From assembly GCA_973895155.1 (NCBI GenBank), contig OZ316895.1:14824816-14888815 (forward strand): 64,000 bases of DNA, written 5' to 3'. This document shows positions 61,087-64,000 of this stretch, one piece after another (the first letter of the stretch is position 1; every line of letters starts with the position of its first letter). A model generated the notes under the pieces. It saw only the letters and a program-made list of their open reading frames with translations, was not told where the DNA came from and searched no databases. Position numbers and translations under genes: made by a program. This stretch comes from Marsupella aquatica. Lineage: Eukaryota > Plantae > Marchantiophyta.

Positions 61087-64000
61087 AACTGTTGCTTTTG
61101 TTCAGATGTCTTGTGTTCACGTCCTTTGACGTCCTTTGATCAGCAAGGTGAGCAAGAGCTGTACTTGCCTCACCAACAACAACCAACCTGAACTTATCAG
61201 TTCCCACTCACTGTGTCATTCCCTTGATTCCAACTAGAGGTCATAGTATAAACTTAGCATGAAACACTCCTAATCAACAATGTTGCAAACTACAATATCC
61301 AGAAACACTGAAAGTCTCTGCCTGCAGTGAGCAACAGAGAGGTAGTTCACTGCTTGCAAGAGTGACTGAGCAGGAGTGTAGGCAGACTGGCATTCAGTTG
61401 GCACAACTATATTGTGCATCAACACAAAAGCTCTTATAAACATGATATGCATGAAACTCATCGATAAAATAGAAGGAAACTAAACAGTGGATGCAAAACA
61501 AAGCAAATTACAGCACAGGTCGGCACAGGGCAAAATAGAGCAAAATAGAGCATGGATCGAGAAAATGAACAACATGTAGTTCTTACGCAAGAAACTCAGT
61601 GACAGCAAACAAATTCACTAGCCCCAGGGAGTGAAGCAAATGAGTACCAAGCCAACCAACTAAGATTGACTATGAAATGCAAGTGACATCATTTCAACCA
61701 AAAAAAACAATAAAGCACTTAGGCAACATTAATATAGAAGTGTAGTGGAATTATATCATGCGACAGATCATACTTGGTTCTACCTGAGGTGTACAGGCAT
61801 ACTGCCCTCAGGTAGAATGTGTATGCCCGCACATACACAAGAGGATCCCCAACAAAGCATAGAACAATATGATCTGAATTCCCAATTACTCTGTTCTGTC
61901 TATACCTATGTTCATCAAAAAATGTTATGAGCAGACATTGAGAAGCTAGCAAAATAGAGGAGCCAATCGAAGCCAAAATATTACATTGCAGGTTGAATAC
62001 ATCAGTCACTGCCAAGAATCTATGCATGAAACAAACATGAAGGTATCGAATATGTATATGCATTACAGACTTTCATGCTAGACAGTGGCCGAAGTTAAAA
62101 TGAACTAGTTTTGACTTTATGACTCTCTGAATGAAAATATTTTATTTCAGAATTATATTCTATTTCAGAATGGGTTCAACTGTGTGGATTGTGAACTGTC
62201 CCACTTGGAATTCCACTATTTGGGCTATCTAAGAATGCAGTTCAAAGGACATACAATGCAAGACAGTTAGAGATCATGTCTTCATTCCGACGTCCAATTG
62301 GACATTTTATGTCACAAACTGCGCAAGCAATGAAGTCCATGGAATTTTCTCAAAAATGCAGCTTCTGTTGTTGGTAAAAGCAACTATGAGTTTCCTATTG
62401 AGTGCCCCCAATGCACAATACTACCAGAGGCCCACTTTAGACAACGATGGCTGTTATTACTTATTGGGAACTCGGATGCATATATATTGAAATGCTTCGC
62501 AGAGTGTTCCGACCACAGGCAAACCTAACATCAATCTCAACATTCAGTCCCGTCTCAGAATTGATTTAGAGGAGGCTTAGCATTCAATACAGTGTCAACA
62601 ATCAGACTTGTCTTCACATTCAACATCCGATTGCAAGGGGCTTCGATGAAAGCACAAGACAGAGCTATAGAAGAAGAGACAGAGGAAGGCACCTGTGTGT
62701 TTGGGGAAAATGTGAAGCTCCAAAGACCACCCTAAACTGAAGTCGCAGCGCGCAGTTGGCCGGTTGTAGGTTGATAAAAGCAAAGCATAGAGCCACTTGG
62801 ACGTCTGCAATGTTGTGAACTTGCTCCTTTCCTCACACTGTGACCGATGTAGCAAGGCACAACAGTCCTATCAATCCCCACAGAATGTGGAATCTTTCCG
62901 TCGCAGTTGAGGTCCTATGCCTGATGACATGATCAAGAATGAGTAGCTACAATGTCCAGTCTCTCTTGACAGGGTGACATAGCAGCAATACATACATTGG
63001 ATCAAAGCACGAGTCGGAGAAAAACAATGAGAGATAAAAATGGACTTTTGCTCACCCATGTGTTGGATGGAAGAATGCAGCTACGAGGGCCGGTCTCCAG
63101 CTACAGCTCCTTGATGGCAAACCGCAGGCTCTTCCCGGTTCTTCAACCAAAAACTGACCCGAAACACACTCTTGCAATGTCCTGAGTTAGTCGCAACAAC
63201 TCCAATGTAGGTTGCAGCTGCCAATCCGTTCCCTCCGCCCTCCTTGCCAATGCCAACTCCCGATAGCAATGAGGCTTGTTCAGCTGACCTCCTTTGTAGG
63301 AGCTCCCAACTCCCAAAGGAAAATTGTCACTACTCAGCTAAAAAACGGCCCCTGGACCTTGTCGCTGCCAATGTGCGTCGTGCGCTCAGTTCTCCTGCCC
63401 ACCAAGAACTTCAACTATAACTTCAACTCCAATGCCCAAGAAGATTGATGAGCTCCTTAGTCAAAGACGCAGCTGGAAGGGTATGCACGCACTTACAGTT
63501 CACTAAGCTCCAATGCCCGGGACGATTGAGGAGCTGGTCCTGAGACTGGTCGCAGCTTGCACTCTTCACCTCAGGAATCCCGCGACGTTGTTTGAGCTCA
63601 CAATACGCTTGGAAGAGAAGGATAGCTGCAGTAGACTTCACCCTAAGTCTTTACGCCTCCCACACAGGTCCCGCATTAGTAAAGCTTGTGCAGTGCCTTC
63701 CGCAATAGTAGCAAAACTCCCGACTGACTCCCTCCTTCCGCAGCAGTAGTGATCACCTCCCTTGGCGCAACTGTGAATGCGCTCTACTTGCAGCCCAAGG
63801 ACTAAAATGTCCTCAGCACGCAGCGATGGAAGGTTGGCAATGGGAGAAGTTACATACGGGACCCACACCACCACAATGAGCTCGTAGTTTTACGAGGGAA
63901 AGTGAAGGAAATGCGCACCCTAGCCAGCCGCAAGGATGCACTTCCGCCTTGGTGTCTGCACCTTCTCCCGTCTCCCGATCAAACGAAGCTCAGACATGTG

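Larger units (their letters stand above)
48551..64000 (-). mobile_element. CACTA transposon copy B (inverted); homology to copy A verified to 62626, probably continues past the window
   Basis: Starts CACTAGTAGAAACCGGGGTG at 48551 (flank AGT); same genes in reverse order; no second terminus seen up to 64000. Confidence 0.93.

Noticed and set aside
48551-62626. Copy B as an assembly artefact of copy A
   Set aside because: Many independent substitutions and indels and different flanks at the termini.
1-64000. Composite macro-transposon moving the three host genes
   Set aside because: Both outer ends would be 5' ends; mobilisation normally needs one 5' and one 3' end, and the outer ends are not visible.

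Overview
Eukaryotic (land-plant, possibly non-seed) nuclear DNA. Both ends of the window hold near-identical, inverted copies of one large (>14.4 kb) CACTA/En-Spm DNA transposon: copy A at <1-14425 (+) and copy B at 48551->62626 (-), with their CACTA 3' termini facing inward. Besides the usual TnpD/Tnp2 transposase and TnpA-like gene, the element carries an unusual same-strand cargo array: a small Cys/His-rich ORF, a stand-alone EDM2-like composite PHD module (putative H3K9me2 reader), a tandem pair of DNA-polymerase-lambda-type BRCT domains and an F-box protein. The two copies are disabled by different mutations, so an intact ancestor can be reconstructed. The 34 kb between them holds a full-length Ty1/copia element nested in an older related solo LTR, several TSD-flanked solo LTRs, a 1.1-kb foldback element with an 8-bp TSD, and three host genes (SF3A1, TRM7, DUF948-like). 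Protein family assignments come from motif recognition and recalled sequences, not from database searches.
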